Part shown: in pieces, positions 35,490-47,008 of the stretch
How positions within the stretch are numbered: the first letter of the stretch is position 1
Layout: each line of letters starts with the position of its first letter
DNA from: Orbicella franksi
Lineage: Eukaryota
NCBI GenBank assembly: GCA_964199315.1
Contig: OZ116709.1
Coordinates: forward strand, 1,550,001 to 1,614,000
DNA length: 64,000 nt
Direction: 5' to 3'
Notes under the pieces: generated by a model
What the model saw: the letters and a program-made list of their open reading frames with translations, nothing else
Databases searched by the model: none
What the model was told of the DNA's origin: nothing
Translations under genes and position numbers: made by a program

Positions 35490-36395
35490 AGATACATGCT
35501 AAAGTTCTACTACACCAAAATGGCATGATGAAATCTTGGTTTGGCTGGATGGCTGAAATTGAGCATACCTGATGCACTGAAACATGCCTCATGTTTTACA
35601 CTTTCATACCTGTTACTATTATAAAGGAGATGTGATAAACAGTTTATGCCATCATTTTTGTAACATGCACCTAGAAGTTGCAAAGGAAGGCAGCTGCAGC
35701 CTTAACTAAATGTGAAATGAATGTTAATATACTTGACCTACAAGCAAAAAATGCTATATGGTGCAAAAGAATTAAAGGCCAAAACGAAAAGCCTATTACT
35801 GGTAAGTGCTGTACTGTGGTGACAACCTCCTGGGATAAGGCCAGAAAGAAGCATAAATAGGCCATTTTGGTATTTTTGGTAAACTTTAGACTGGAAGTAG
35901 CTTGCAACTGAGGCTAATGTGGGAAGTTTTTTTGTTTTATACCGAGAATGAAAAATGGCCTATTGTACCATTAATAAGCCATTGTGGAGAAAAATGTAGA
36001 AGTCAATGGTTTAAGAGAAAGTATTTTAATTTTATTTAGATATTTTACTGACTTTAATGGTTATCACAACTATTAAAAACTTGAAAAGGATGTTAATTAG
36101 TCCATAACACTTGGAATTTTGAAATTTAGTAGTAGCTCTCAAATGTTGCCTGCCCTGGGCAAGTGTTAGTTTACTCTTCTTTTTATTGAGTCAACAGGCG
36201 ACATGCCTGAACCCTTACCCATTGGGCAAGTGAGAATGAAAAGTCACTTGCCTTGCAAAAAAAATTACTTGTCCCATATGACTGGATGGCACTTGCTTTA
36301 CTGGGACAGAATTAATGGGTTATTGTAGAAAGATGACCTATCTAGGGAGCTGGCCATTAGTAGAGGCTCATCCTGGGAGGCTCAGCTCCTGGTAG

Positions 36396-36827
36396 GGGTA
36401 CTTCTGGGTTAAATAGGTTGTGCAGCCCCGAAGGGTAATGGTTTTTCAGCTGTTTTGGTCATAAATAGGGTATCAATTTTGGCCATTTTGGTCATAAGTA
36501 GGGTATGGTCTTTGCACTCTAGTCTTAAATTGGGTGTGTTTTTAAGGTGAAACTACGTTTTCATCATTATTGATAAGACCATCAACAAAAGCCCTTCACA
36601 AATTATGTTTATGGGAATTTAACATTGGGCCTGAACTAAGGAACTAATAATAAGTCAGGTCTGAAACCGGGTATTGATTTAAGGATCATGTCATAAATAG
36701 GGTATTGAATTTTTGGTCACGTCATAAATAGGGCAGAGAAAATTGCAGATTTTGGTCATAAGAAGAGTGAGGGTTTTGGGAAGTGGGCCACACAACCCCA
36801 CCCAGTTTTTGTGGGAGTACCCACCCC
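36396..36827. mobile_element. Degenerate MITE-like element with GGGGTACT...AGTACCC ends; related fragments at about 30530-30660, 31495-31860, 32570-32650 and 38564-38892
   Basis: Short inverted ends, repeated internal TTTTGGTCATAAATAGGG motifs, and similar termini at several other sites in the window. Confidence 0.55.
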
Positions 36828-37490
36828 GAGGCTCAGCTGTATATCTCACAGTAATTGTTAAATTATCTGCAACTGACAAATCAGTTGTATGCTGTAGAAA
36901 TGCTAGGGGTGGTAAAGGTGTTCTTGAGATTTTTGAATGTGCCTTGTCAAATGATCTTTCCTCCCTTTGGCCTCGTCAGTCTGGCTACTTTTGACATAAT
37001 TTTTTTACAAAAAAAATGTCTTACAAGAAAATCAATACAGCTCCTGGCTCCAATTGTTGAAAGGGTGGATACAGCTATCCATTACACAGCCACAGAATAG
37101 TGATTTAATCTGTAGCATTAGATATGAAAAGAAATAGATGTCCAAATATTAGCAAATAGTTGTACAAACCTTGTGCTACTTTTTCAACCAAATATCAGTA
37201 GTAGATCCATACTAATTCTGAGCAGCTCACACAAGTTTTCCCGTGCTTTGATTTGGCGAAATCGGAATGTATTTGCATGGAGTTCAAATTGTCCTGAGTC
37301 TGACTCCTCTGTGATTGGCCAAAGTGATTACTTTGGTCTTGGTTTTACAATACTTAGTTGAAAAGCATTCTTTAACCCAACATTTTATACATGGTCAATT
37401 TGTGGAAAAGTCGCTAAATTTAGTGATGTTGTTGCTTAGTTCGTGTCAAAAAAGCGAAGCAAAATGTTATAGGCAATCCTGATTGTGCCA

Positions 37491-37498
37491 TATATAAA
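37491..37498 (+). promoter_or_regulatory. TATA box of the ApaH-like phosphatase gene
   Basis: TATATAAA lies 55-62 nt upstream of the strong-context ATG at 37553 (AGAATCATGG). Confidence 0.5.
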
Positions 37499-37507
37499 GG
37501 ATATTTC

Positions 37508-38407
37508 ATGACGCTTATATCACATATTAGACATGTTGGACACGGAAGAATCATGGCTGGGTTGATGAATTTTGCTCTGAAAATCCTCGTCGACTTTTTT
37601 GATAAATTCGGTCTCGTTTACAAAAGAAATGTTGGAACCTTCTTAAGCTACAAGCTTGGTAAAGGCCACACAGTAACCCTTCCTCCGTCAACACCACATT
37701 TGACGATAAGTCCTACTTTTCTTGAAGGCAAGAGAGTTCTTTTCGTGGGAGATGTTCATGGTTGTTTCGACGAGCTCAAAGAGTTGTACGATAAATGTGC
37801 ATATCCTGGCACGGATATTGTTGTAGTCTACGTGGGTGACCTTGTGTACAAAGGTCCGAAGACTTTGGATGTAATTCGCTTTGTGAGAGAGACCGGCTCG
37901 TTCTCTGTCAGAGGGAATCATGAACAGTCGATTTTAACAGAAATCCTTCATAAAAGAAGAAACGAACCCGTTAGAGATAAACGGAGAATTGTTTACGACC
38001 TAACCCTGGAGGATGAAGAATTCTTGGAAAATCTTCCCTTCACGATAAGCATTCCTTCGTTGAATGTGCTGGTAGTTCATGGTGGTTTGCTGCCAGGGGT
38101 ACCCCTGACGGAGCAAGACCCCTTGGGTATGATCTTCATCAGAAACTATAACCCAGAGAAATTTCAAGGAACGGCGAGCACAGGCGATGGTTTTGCTTGG
38201 GCGTCCGTATGGAATGGTCCCCAACATGTTGTATTTGGACATGATGCTCGGCGGGGGCTTCAGTTGCATGCACATGCAACTGGTATTGACACTGGATGTG
38301 TATATGGTAATCATTTGACTGGTATTCTGGTGGAGGATGGGGTATGGAACAACAGAAAATTAATCCAAGTCAAAGCAAAAGAAAAGTACACCCCAAAAGA
38401 AAGCTGA
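37508..38407 (+). CDS. ApaH/PrpE-like metallophosphoesterase (bis(5'-nucleosyl)-tetraphosphatase family), single exon; probable start 37553
   Basis: Intact 299-codon ORF with calcineurin-like motifs in order: GDVHGC, GDLVYKGP, VRGNHE, VHGGL, VVFGHDA, GIDTGCVYG...LTG. Confidence 0.93.
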   Translation: MTLISHIRHVGHGRIMAGLMNFALKILVDFFDKFGLVYKRNVGTFLSYKLGKGHTVTLPPSTPHLTISPTFLEGKRVLFVGDVHGCFDELKELYDKCAYPGTDIVVVYVGDLVYKGPKTLDVIRFVRETGSFSVRGNHEQSILTEILHKRRNEPVRDKRRIVYDLTLEDEEFLENLPFTISIPSLNVLVVHGGLLPGVPLTEQDPLGMIFIRNYNPEKFQGTASTGDGFAWASVWNGPQHVVFGHDARRGLQLHAHATGIDTGCVYGNHLTGILVEDGVWNNRKLIQVKAKEKYTPKES

Positions 38408-40494
38408 AATACTTTGTCTTGACATGCATTTTTCTGTGAAATTGACTTAAACTTGTGTTTCCACAAATGAGAAGGTTGATCAAACCACAGTGATAATGTT
38501 ATATATGTTAGCAATTTATTCATCTCTCATCTGATTGCTCTTCCCTTGTGGAACAATGATATGGGGCGGCGAGGACTCCCATATAAAAAGGACAGGGTGT
38601 TCATCTGAAAATGTTTTGAAATGAACCCCTAGGAGGAACCAAGATCCTGTTTTGTGGGCGTGGCGTGGAGTGGCTTGAAACTTTTTTCACCCCTAAGAGG
38701 TACCAATTCTAAAAAAAAAAAATCATGTCCTGTCATATTTCTTTTCGGTTTGATACCCTAAAAGGTACCACAAAAACTCCTGCTGTGGACCTTTTGAGAC
38801 TAAACACTCTAAGAGGCACCAAATCCGTTTTTTAAACACCTGAAAGGTATGATGAGCACCCCCTTCATCCTTTTAATGGGATTCTTCCCCGGTTTTTTTG
38901 TGAACATGCTGTTGTTATTCAATCTGGGTATTGGGTATCAATTAAAATGTTAAAAACAGAAACATCGACACATGAACCCTCTTCCCCAAGGCACAGGACT
39001 TGCCTACTTTGTACCTAGATGCCTCTCGTTTTGCAAAGAAAGCAGAATGGGCTAGATAAGTTGGTCAATGGCCAAGATGTGTTCTTTATTCAGCCAACAA
39101 AGTCTGGAAAATTTGAATCATGTGGTGCCAGAATGTCAGAGTCAGCAAAGAGAGGGAGCTAAGGAGGCAAAAGTCAAATTGAGGTATTGTTTGTGAAGGA
39201 AAGCGACACCAGTCTCTGGTGATGCCTAACAAAAATATCTTTTCAAAGCCAACACAAACCAAACTAGTAAAAGATTCAAGGCAAATTACAGGGTGTCAAC
39301 TTAACAGCGGAAACCATGTAGACCTACATGTGACCTTCGACAAAACATTTGGTACACCCCACCACAGTCCAACAGCTTTGCTCTACTTAAGGTGGCCGAA
39401 CACAATTTTCACGCATGCTCTCACTTATGTGATTCAGTGTGCGTCAATACAGTGATCATTTTATTTGGTCAATGCCTGTGCTATCTGCTATTTTGTGTTC
39501 AAAATTGAACACAGCATATTTATGGTTTTAGTCTTTTATTAGAAATATATGTAACAAAAGGTAATGATGCAAAAAACCTAGCAATTCAAACTCTTTTCTT
39601 TGTTACCAAAAGAACCCAGTCAAATGCAGCACATGCGTAGCAAGTCAAAAATTATGACTGAAAGTGCGATAACTTTCTCAGAAACACGCCTATTTCTCGA
39701 GAACCAGTCATTCAAGTTTTACGAAAGTTGGCACGAAAATGCTTTGGGAGTATCCTAGATATTCCAGTTAACCTTCCGACAAGGGATAATTAACAATAAT
39801 ATTTGTCTGTTAAATTATTATTAAAATAGTGTTGACTTGTGGGCATCGTTACAAGCTTGTTGCATGCAAATGTTAAAGAAAATCTAATGACTAGATTTTC
39901 TGCAGATAAACAAAACCCATTTTAAAGGCCTGTTTATATTTATTCATGTTGCCATAGCAATGGCACATATGTCAGCTTAACTATCAAAAATCTGAAGTTT
40001 GCGTTGTTAACTTGCATGTGGCCATCTTTGGTGACCTAAGGATCAAGGGTTTTATAGAAAGAGGTGAATGAAACACAGGTATCAAAAATTGTGTTCAGTC
40101 TGGCACCTTGAAAGAAGCTTTTTCTTAGAACACAGCATGTAATGCCCTTCCACGGCATTAATGTGAAACAAAATAGGTTAAGACCATTTTTTTTTAATGG
40201 CAAAGTACAAAATTAATGTTTTGTGCTGTACGTGTCGTGGACCTGTCCAGGTTGTAATCAGATGACGTTTCCAGCAACCAGGAGCACCACATGAATTTCA
40301 TCATGAATTTACCTTGCAGACATGCTTTGCCGCTCACGCATCCAGCCGTCTCTTCTTGGGGAGGAATGTAGACCAGACAAGAGAGCGCCATGGAAATCAA
40401 GCCTATATTTTCCTTAGAGTAAATTTTTTGCTGTAATTTATTCTTTATAATTGAATTGGGAGGTGTGACTACCTAGTAATAGTTTATTGGTACC

Positions 40495-40574
40495 CAGGAT
40501 TCTGGACCATCAGCCAAGCTTTGAGCCCTGGCCATGTGTTGTGTTCTTGGATAAAACACTTTACTCTTACAATG

Positions 40575-40607
<33 letters not shown>
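40495..40607 (+). mobile_element. Truncated SINE fragment ending in a (CT)n microsatellite
   Basis: GAGCCCTGGCCATGTGTTGTGTTCTTGGATAAAACACTTTACTCTTACAATGCCTCTC matches the SINE body at about 61125-61195, and is followed by about 16 CT units. Confidence 0.7.
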
Positions 40608-40611
<4 letters not shown>

Positions 40612-41028
40612 GGTTGGGGGAGTGCTGCTAGGACACTGAAACCTTTACCCTATACCCGGCACCAAAACCCCATTCCCTATCCCAGACTAGCTATTTTCCA
40701 TGCAGAAACCTTTTTACAATAATTAGTCCAACATAAGCTAACTAAACCAACTCATACAAAGTCACTTCCGAGTTTTAAATTTCACTATTTATCACTGGTA
40801 AAGAAGCCTGTTTTAAACTAAATTATTTAAAGACTGGCCACTTTCCGGTAAGTTATACCCTATTCTTGACAAAAACTGTCTGATTTCTATACCCTAATTC
40901 AGACTAATGGGGAACAGCACAACTACTTGCCTAACTCCAAATGAGAATTTTATCACATGGGAGGATGGGTTAATGACCAAAAGGAAGCCTGTTCTCCGAT
41001 AGAGTCGTTGGCTACACCCAAATCTACT

Positions 41029-43190
41029 ATGAAGATAGAAACGTGGAACGTCCGAATGATGTACTGAATAGGGAAAACAGCAGTTGTAGCAAGAGAGATC
41101 AGGAAATACGACATCGATATACTGGGAATCAGTGAATGCAGATGGGCTGGTTTTGGGCATATGAGGGTACAAACAGGTGAAACGTTGCTGCACTCAGGAA
41201 GGGACGATGATGCACACCTGAGCGGTGTAGCCATGTTGTTGAGTAGGAAGGCAGCCAGCTGTTTAATTTCTTGGTCACCTGTGAATGATCGAATTATCAC
41301 TGCATGGTTCAACTCGCATTATATGAGAACTAGCATTGTCCAAGTGTATGCTCCCACAAACGACGCTGAGGAAGAGGCAAAAGATGTCTTCTATGAGCAG
41401 GTACAAAAAGTCCTTGACAAAATCCCAAAACATGATATAGTGATCCTGATGGGGGATTGGAATGCGAAGGTTGGAGATCAACAAGATGGTGAAGGAGTGG
41501 TGGGCCACCACGGACTGTATGGGGAGAGGTCAGAAAATGGGGAATGCTTCCTTGAACTGTGCGCAAGCAACAATATGGTCATCACAACCACTTTGTTTCC
41601 CCATAAGGATATCCACAAGCACACATGGGTATCACCAGACGCCCGCACCAAGAACCAGATCGATTATATGGCCGTGTGTGGAAAGTTTAGATCAGTACTA
41701 GACACCTGTGCATTTTGTGAAGCCGATGTCAACAGCGATCACCACCTAGTCATCGCAAAGATCAAGTTGCGGTTGTGCAGAGTTGAGAAGAACAAAAACA
41801 GATTAAGGAAGTACAACACCGCCAAGCTCAAAGTGCCTGAGGTGGCACAGAGTTTTAAAATCGAACTTCGGGACAGATTTAGCTGCCTAGCAGATGATGA
41901 GGCCAATAACAGTGATGATCATGCTCAAGATGTGGAAAATGACTGGAAGAAGATCAAGCAAACTTACCAAAAAACAGCTGAAAAGGTTCTGGGGTTTTAG
42001 TCAAGGTCAAACAAACCATGGATCAGTGCTGAGAGCTGGAAGAAAATAGATGACAGGAAAGAGTTGAAAAGGAAAATGGATTCCACCAGATCAGAAAGGG
42101 TCAGGGAGCAGCTCAGAAATGCATATTCAATCAAAAACAAGGAGGTGAAGAAACAGCTCAAGAAAGACAAGAATGACTGGGTAGAGAAGGTCGCCAAGGA
42201 AGCACAGAAAGCTGCAGAGCAGGGCCACCTTAAAACAGTTTATGACACTACCAGGAAACTGTCAACCAAGAAGGGCAAGACCATGGATATGATAAAGAGC
42301 AAAGAGGGAGTGCTGCTGACAAAACAAGATGAAATTCAAAAATGATGGAAGGAGCATTTCCTTGAAGTCTTGAATTGTCCAGCACCTGAAGATACAGGAG
42401 AGTTTGATGACCAGGATGTAATTCCTGAATCTGAAGCAATTATTGACGTTGATGCACCAACAAAGGCTGAAATCTATGCAGCCTTTAAGGAGATGAAGAA
42501 CAGAACTGCTGGGGGGGGGGGGTTGATAGTTTGACCGTTGAGATTCTAAAGGCAGATTTGGAAACATCTGTGGATGTCTTACACTACTTCTTGCATAAGG
42601 TGTGGGAGCAAGAACAAATACCAGAGGACTGGCAACGGGGATTGATAGTGAAACTACCAAAGAAAGGCAATCTCACCGAATGCAACAATTGGAGAGGCAT
42701 AACGCTTATGGTGGTTGCAGCAAAAGTTCTAGGCAGAATCATAATTACACGAATACGGGATGGAACTGATAATAAATTGTGCCAAGAACAGGCAGGTTTC
42801 AGGAAGGGCCGCGGTACAACGGAACAAATATTTATACTGCACAATATCATTGAACACTGTATTGAATGGAACGCTAACCTTTAGGTCTGCTTTGTCGACT
42901 TCGAGAAAGCATTTGATTCTGTAGATCGTTCTGTACGATGGAGGATTATGAGGAGCTACAGCATTCCTGAGAAGATTGTGGCGATGGTGAAAGTGATGTA
43001 CAGTCAGAGTGAATGCGCTGTAATTGATGAGTCAGGTGTGCACGATTGGTTCGAGATCAAAACCGGTGTTAAACAGGGTTGTTGTATGTCTGGGTTTCTT
43101 TTCCTGCTTGTTGTGGACTGGGTTATGAGAAAGACCACCAAACATGGTAACACAGGCATCAGATGGAAGTTCAACAACTTCCTAGAAGAA
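41029..43190 (+). mobile_element. Decayed RTE-clade non-LTR retrotransposon (APE endonuclease + truncated reverse transcriptase)
   Basis: APE motifs TWNVR, LGISECRW, VYAPTN, LMGDWNAKVG, NQIDY and SDHHLV. RT motifs LPKKGNLTECNNWRGITL, EQAGFRKGR, DFEKAFDS and GVKQGC. In-frame stops at about 41065, 41998, 42343, 42882 and 42937, and a frameshift at the poly-G near 42515. Homology stops at GIRWKFNNFLE. Confidence 0.93.
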
Positions 43191-46100
43191 CTTTTAAGGG
43201 CTCCCATTTTCATCGTGAAACTACAATCCATCAAAAAAGGCAAAAACCACTCACACTGTCAACAACTTTATTGTACTGTGTGTTACAACTTACATGTTAC
43301 ATATAAGTCAAAAATTTACACAGTAACATTGGCTTACTAATATACATGACTGGATCAATGAAAAGTGTGTTACTTTGCACCAAGGGGAGTGATAACACTT
43401 TGATTATGACTCCTAGAGGCCTGAAAATAACTCTAATAATTTATTGATGAAAATAAAGTAGAAGAGTACCCAAATGTAAGAGAATGGGGGGGAAAGAGAC
43501 TGACATTTCCATGAATTTTTATCTTGTCTACACTCAGGTGAGACTTTCTTTAGCACTGTTTTCATAAATCCAGACATGTATACCTGGGGGATACTCTGTT
43601 ATTTTGGAGGGTCAGGTGTGTGTGCTGATGGAACTCTGAATGCTCTTGTAAAACCCATAGCAAACAATGTTCAGCTGCATTTGCAACCTTGTCCTGGAAC
43701 AGTACCAAATATCACTTTAACTATCAGTATTGCAGTCAGTCGCTCTACTTGTTTGTATTTCCATTTCTGTAAGGTTTAGTCAACTCCAAGAGTCAATTAA
43801 TTCTTAGTGCAAATGGCAATACCTTATTGTAGACCAAAAAACGATTTATAAATGAACATTATCCCAGACTAGACTGCTTGAAAACTCAGCTTGACAAAAC
43901 ATTTAAAATGATTCCATGTTTCCACATCACAGATGTTGTCAAAATACAGTTACAACAAAAAAGTGGCACACAAGGTGATAGCCAAGTCATTCACTGATGT
44001 TCTTACCACAATCTGATGTCTCTGATCTGCCACTGAACAGATGGAATCTATTTGTTTAAAGCAAAAGTGTTCACAATGTCACAACACATCTGTCCTCCAA
44101 TAGATCTTAAGAACCAATCAAAATGGGAGAATACTATGACTTATGTAAATCCAATCCACATAGATTATCTATCGAGTATCCCCCTACAATGTATACATGC
44201 ACAATGTACAGTATTTACACGTTCTTATCAACAATTTTATATCCAATATGTGCAGATTTATTTTTACAAGTCCGACAATATTTTGCAAGTCTATAAAACG
44301 TTCAAGCACAGCTCTAAATGCAGAGGGAAGCATCTTGAATATTTGCTTCACATAAAAGCATAAATTCTTTGTAATGTTTAACTTAAAAAGGTAATAAATA
44401 AGTAAAATTACTCCACAAACAAAAGTCTTGGGATACAAAATTCAAGAGTTATACTCTAGTTTCGAGTTTTTAAAATAACAAATAAATACTCAAGGGTACA
44501 CTACCGTGGCATTTATTAATTTGTGAGGTAATCTTTGGTTAAAGACAGCCTAAATTATGATCGAGCACTTTTGCTCCCACACAATATGTTCCTGGAACAC
44601 CAAGATAAAGATATTAAACAGGAGATTTGTTGAAGAGCAAGTTATGATTAAATTTTAGTAATGTTATTAAACACAACTGACAACAGAACTGGAATAAGTC
44701 TGCCAGACTTTTTCAATTTGACATCACAAATTTGTCCAAGCACAACTTATGCTCACGGCAGTACCCCTAGCATGTTTCAAACACACAGCGTTCACACTAA
44801 TTCCGAACTAATTTAAAAGTACTGTCCATCATTTCCATGCTGTACACCAATAAAATTCCCTTAAAAATTCCCTCAAAAAAGCAATAACACTTTAAGATTG
44901 TTTCTTATGTACATTTAGTTTCTAGAAAGCCATCACACTAAGGACTTCTAAACAGCGATTTTTGCAGGTCACCAGTTCTTACAGGGAACCCTGTATGTGT
45001 GCTCATCATATAATAAAATAAGGCACTAGCATTTGGCAACAAAGAACAAATAACATGCAGAATAATACTCTGCACCTAGTTGTGTAGTTTCATGTTAGTT
45101 ATTGGTTGCCATGGAAACTACAAGTGCACAAAGTTTTCATTCTTAAGGTTACTGTACACCTTTAGAGCACCTTCAGAGGTGTCTTGCCTCCAAGCGATGT
45201 AACGCGTCTCGTTTAAACTGTAGACACCTAAACCCCTATATCAAACTAAAGCTTATAGAGTTGGCTATCACAATAAACCAACCTTTTTGAAATACCGGTA
45301 AGATGAATTGTCAAATATTTATGACCTCTAAATTCAAGCATCCAAATCATCTTTTGCGTCCCTTTTCAAAGCTATAAGTCAAAGGGAATTTGTTCATTTA
45401 GTTTACGCACGCCCAAAGGCCATTTCCGAGTTGCTTTCACCTCTGTTTTAAAATGAGTCTCGGTGCACAACTAGAAGTGGCTTATTGGCTTTTCCCTTGC
45501 TACGCAGTAAGATTCCAAAAATATAAAAATGTCTGGTGTTCACAGTTTTCTTAGTTTCACAGTAAATGTGCAACTGCTGTCATCTGAATGGCTGGACTAT
45601 TGTAAACAGTTTTAGACATTAGTGTCAGATGCCAGAAGGCAGCTGTAAAATGCAACATTTTCAGATTTCTCTGAAGTTTCCTATTAAGAAGATTTAGAAA
45701 TATTCCTTATATTGAATTCATGTTTAATTATTTTAATGACCAAATTTTGGTTAATTTTAATTAGTATCTACACACTCAGAGATCTGATGTTTCAAGCAAT
45801 CTGATTGGTTCACTATCTCTGGCTAATAAACAATTATTATTCACGTCCTATTGAGTTAATAATCCATTCAAACAAAAAAAAAAACAGAATGGCTGGCTTA
45901 AGTTTCATTGCAACAGTGTTTCTGAATCAGAAATCTTATGAATACAAGAAAAAGCTGTAACAGAAAATAAAAAGAAGGCTATGGAATTTGACTTGAAAGT
46001 TTTTAAATGATAGAAAAAACCCACCAACATTCGACTTTTGAGCAGTTTCAGGACATGTCAGTGGCAAATATTACAGATTTCGTGATATAATTTTTGTTTT

Positions 46101-47008
46101 TTGCTCTTCACCCGGCATTAGCAGAAATGAATACTGCAGGGTTTATCGGCAGAAGCATCAAGTGCTATTCAAAGAAGCACCTTCAAAAGTTTTCAGGAGG
46201 ACATCTTTGTGCAATAAAACATCCAGTTTTCATCACAGTCCCCTGCAAACTATATAATAATTATTTCAGGTTGATCCTTCACCAGCTGCTCTTTCAATTT
46301 TCATCTCAAGTGAAAATGGAAACTTTGAATGGTAAAATTGTTTTATAAGCAGACTTTCAATTTAGATTGCTGAATTGAAAGGTGTTAAAAGACCATTTTG
46401 CTGGATTGTGAAGAGGGTTTTTTGGTCAAAGGTTAACTAGATTTTCCCTGTTTGAAGATTCTGTAAATAGTTTAATATGCGCATGCTTCATGCCGCTTGC
46501 ATGTTTTCCATGCATGAATTGAGAGGTCAATTAAATCAACTTTTAATGGTTTCATTTTCGTTTGTTTCTGAGATCACCTCGTGTGTATGTACTAAAACAA
46601 TTATTCTTTTCAATCTCATTGAATAGCAGCAGAATATTTACTGAGCCACTTTGCAGCTCAGCAAATATTATGCACTATTCACCTTGATTTCAAAGAAAAA
46701 TATAGTTAATTATCCCTAAATATTCCAAATGCTGCCAACATTTTGATTACTACAGAAATGTCCTATCCCATCCACAGTTCTGCTCACAGACATTTCCTAG
46801 ATATAATAAGCCTCAATACTACACACATCTTATAACAATGAACTGATATGTATTCTTGCAAGTTGTTTGTATTTGTCACTGTTAGTCCACAACTCATGTG
46901 TAAACAAGGTTTAAAAACGTTTCTTCCCACTTGTATGGTGTCCCAAACTTCTCAGAGACAGCTCAAATCACCTATAAAAACATACCAGATTTAATATACT
47001 TATGATCT

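Noticed and set aside
37508-38407. Bacterial contamination as the source of the intronless phosphatase
   Set aside because: It is flanked by the same host repeat families, has a TATA/Kozak context and no Shine-Dalgarno or operon neighbours, and its base composition is similar to host exons.
40194-40400. GC-balanced coding-like segment on the minus strand
   Set aside because: Stops occur in the plausible frames and no domain could be assigned.
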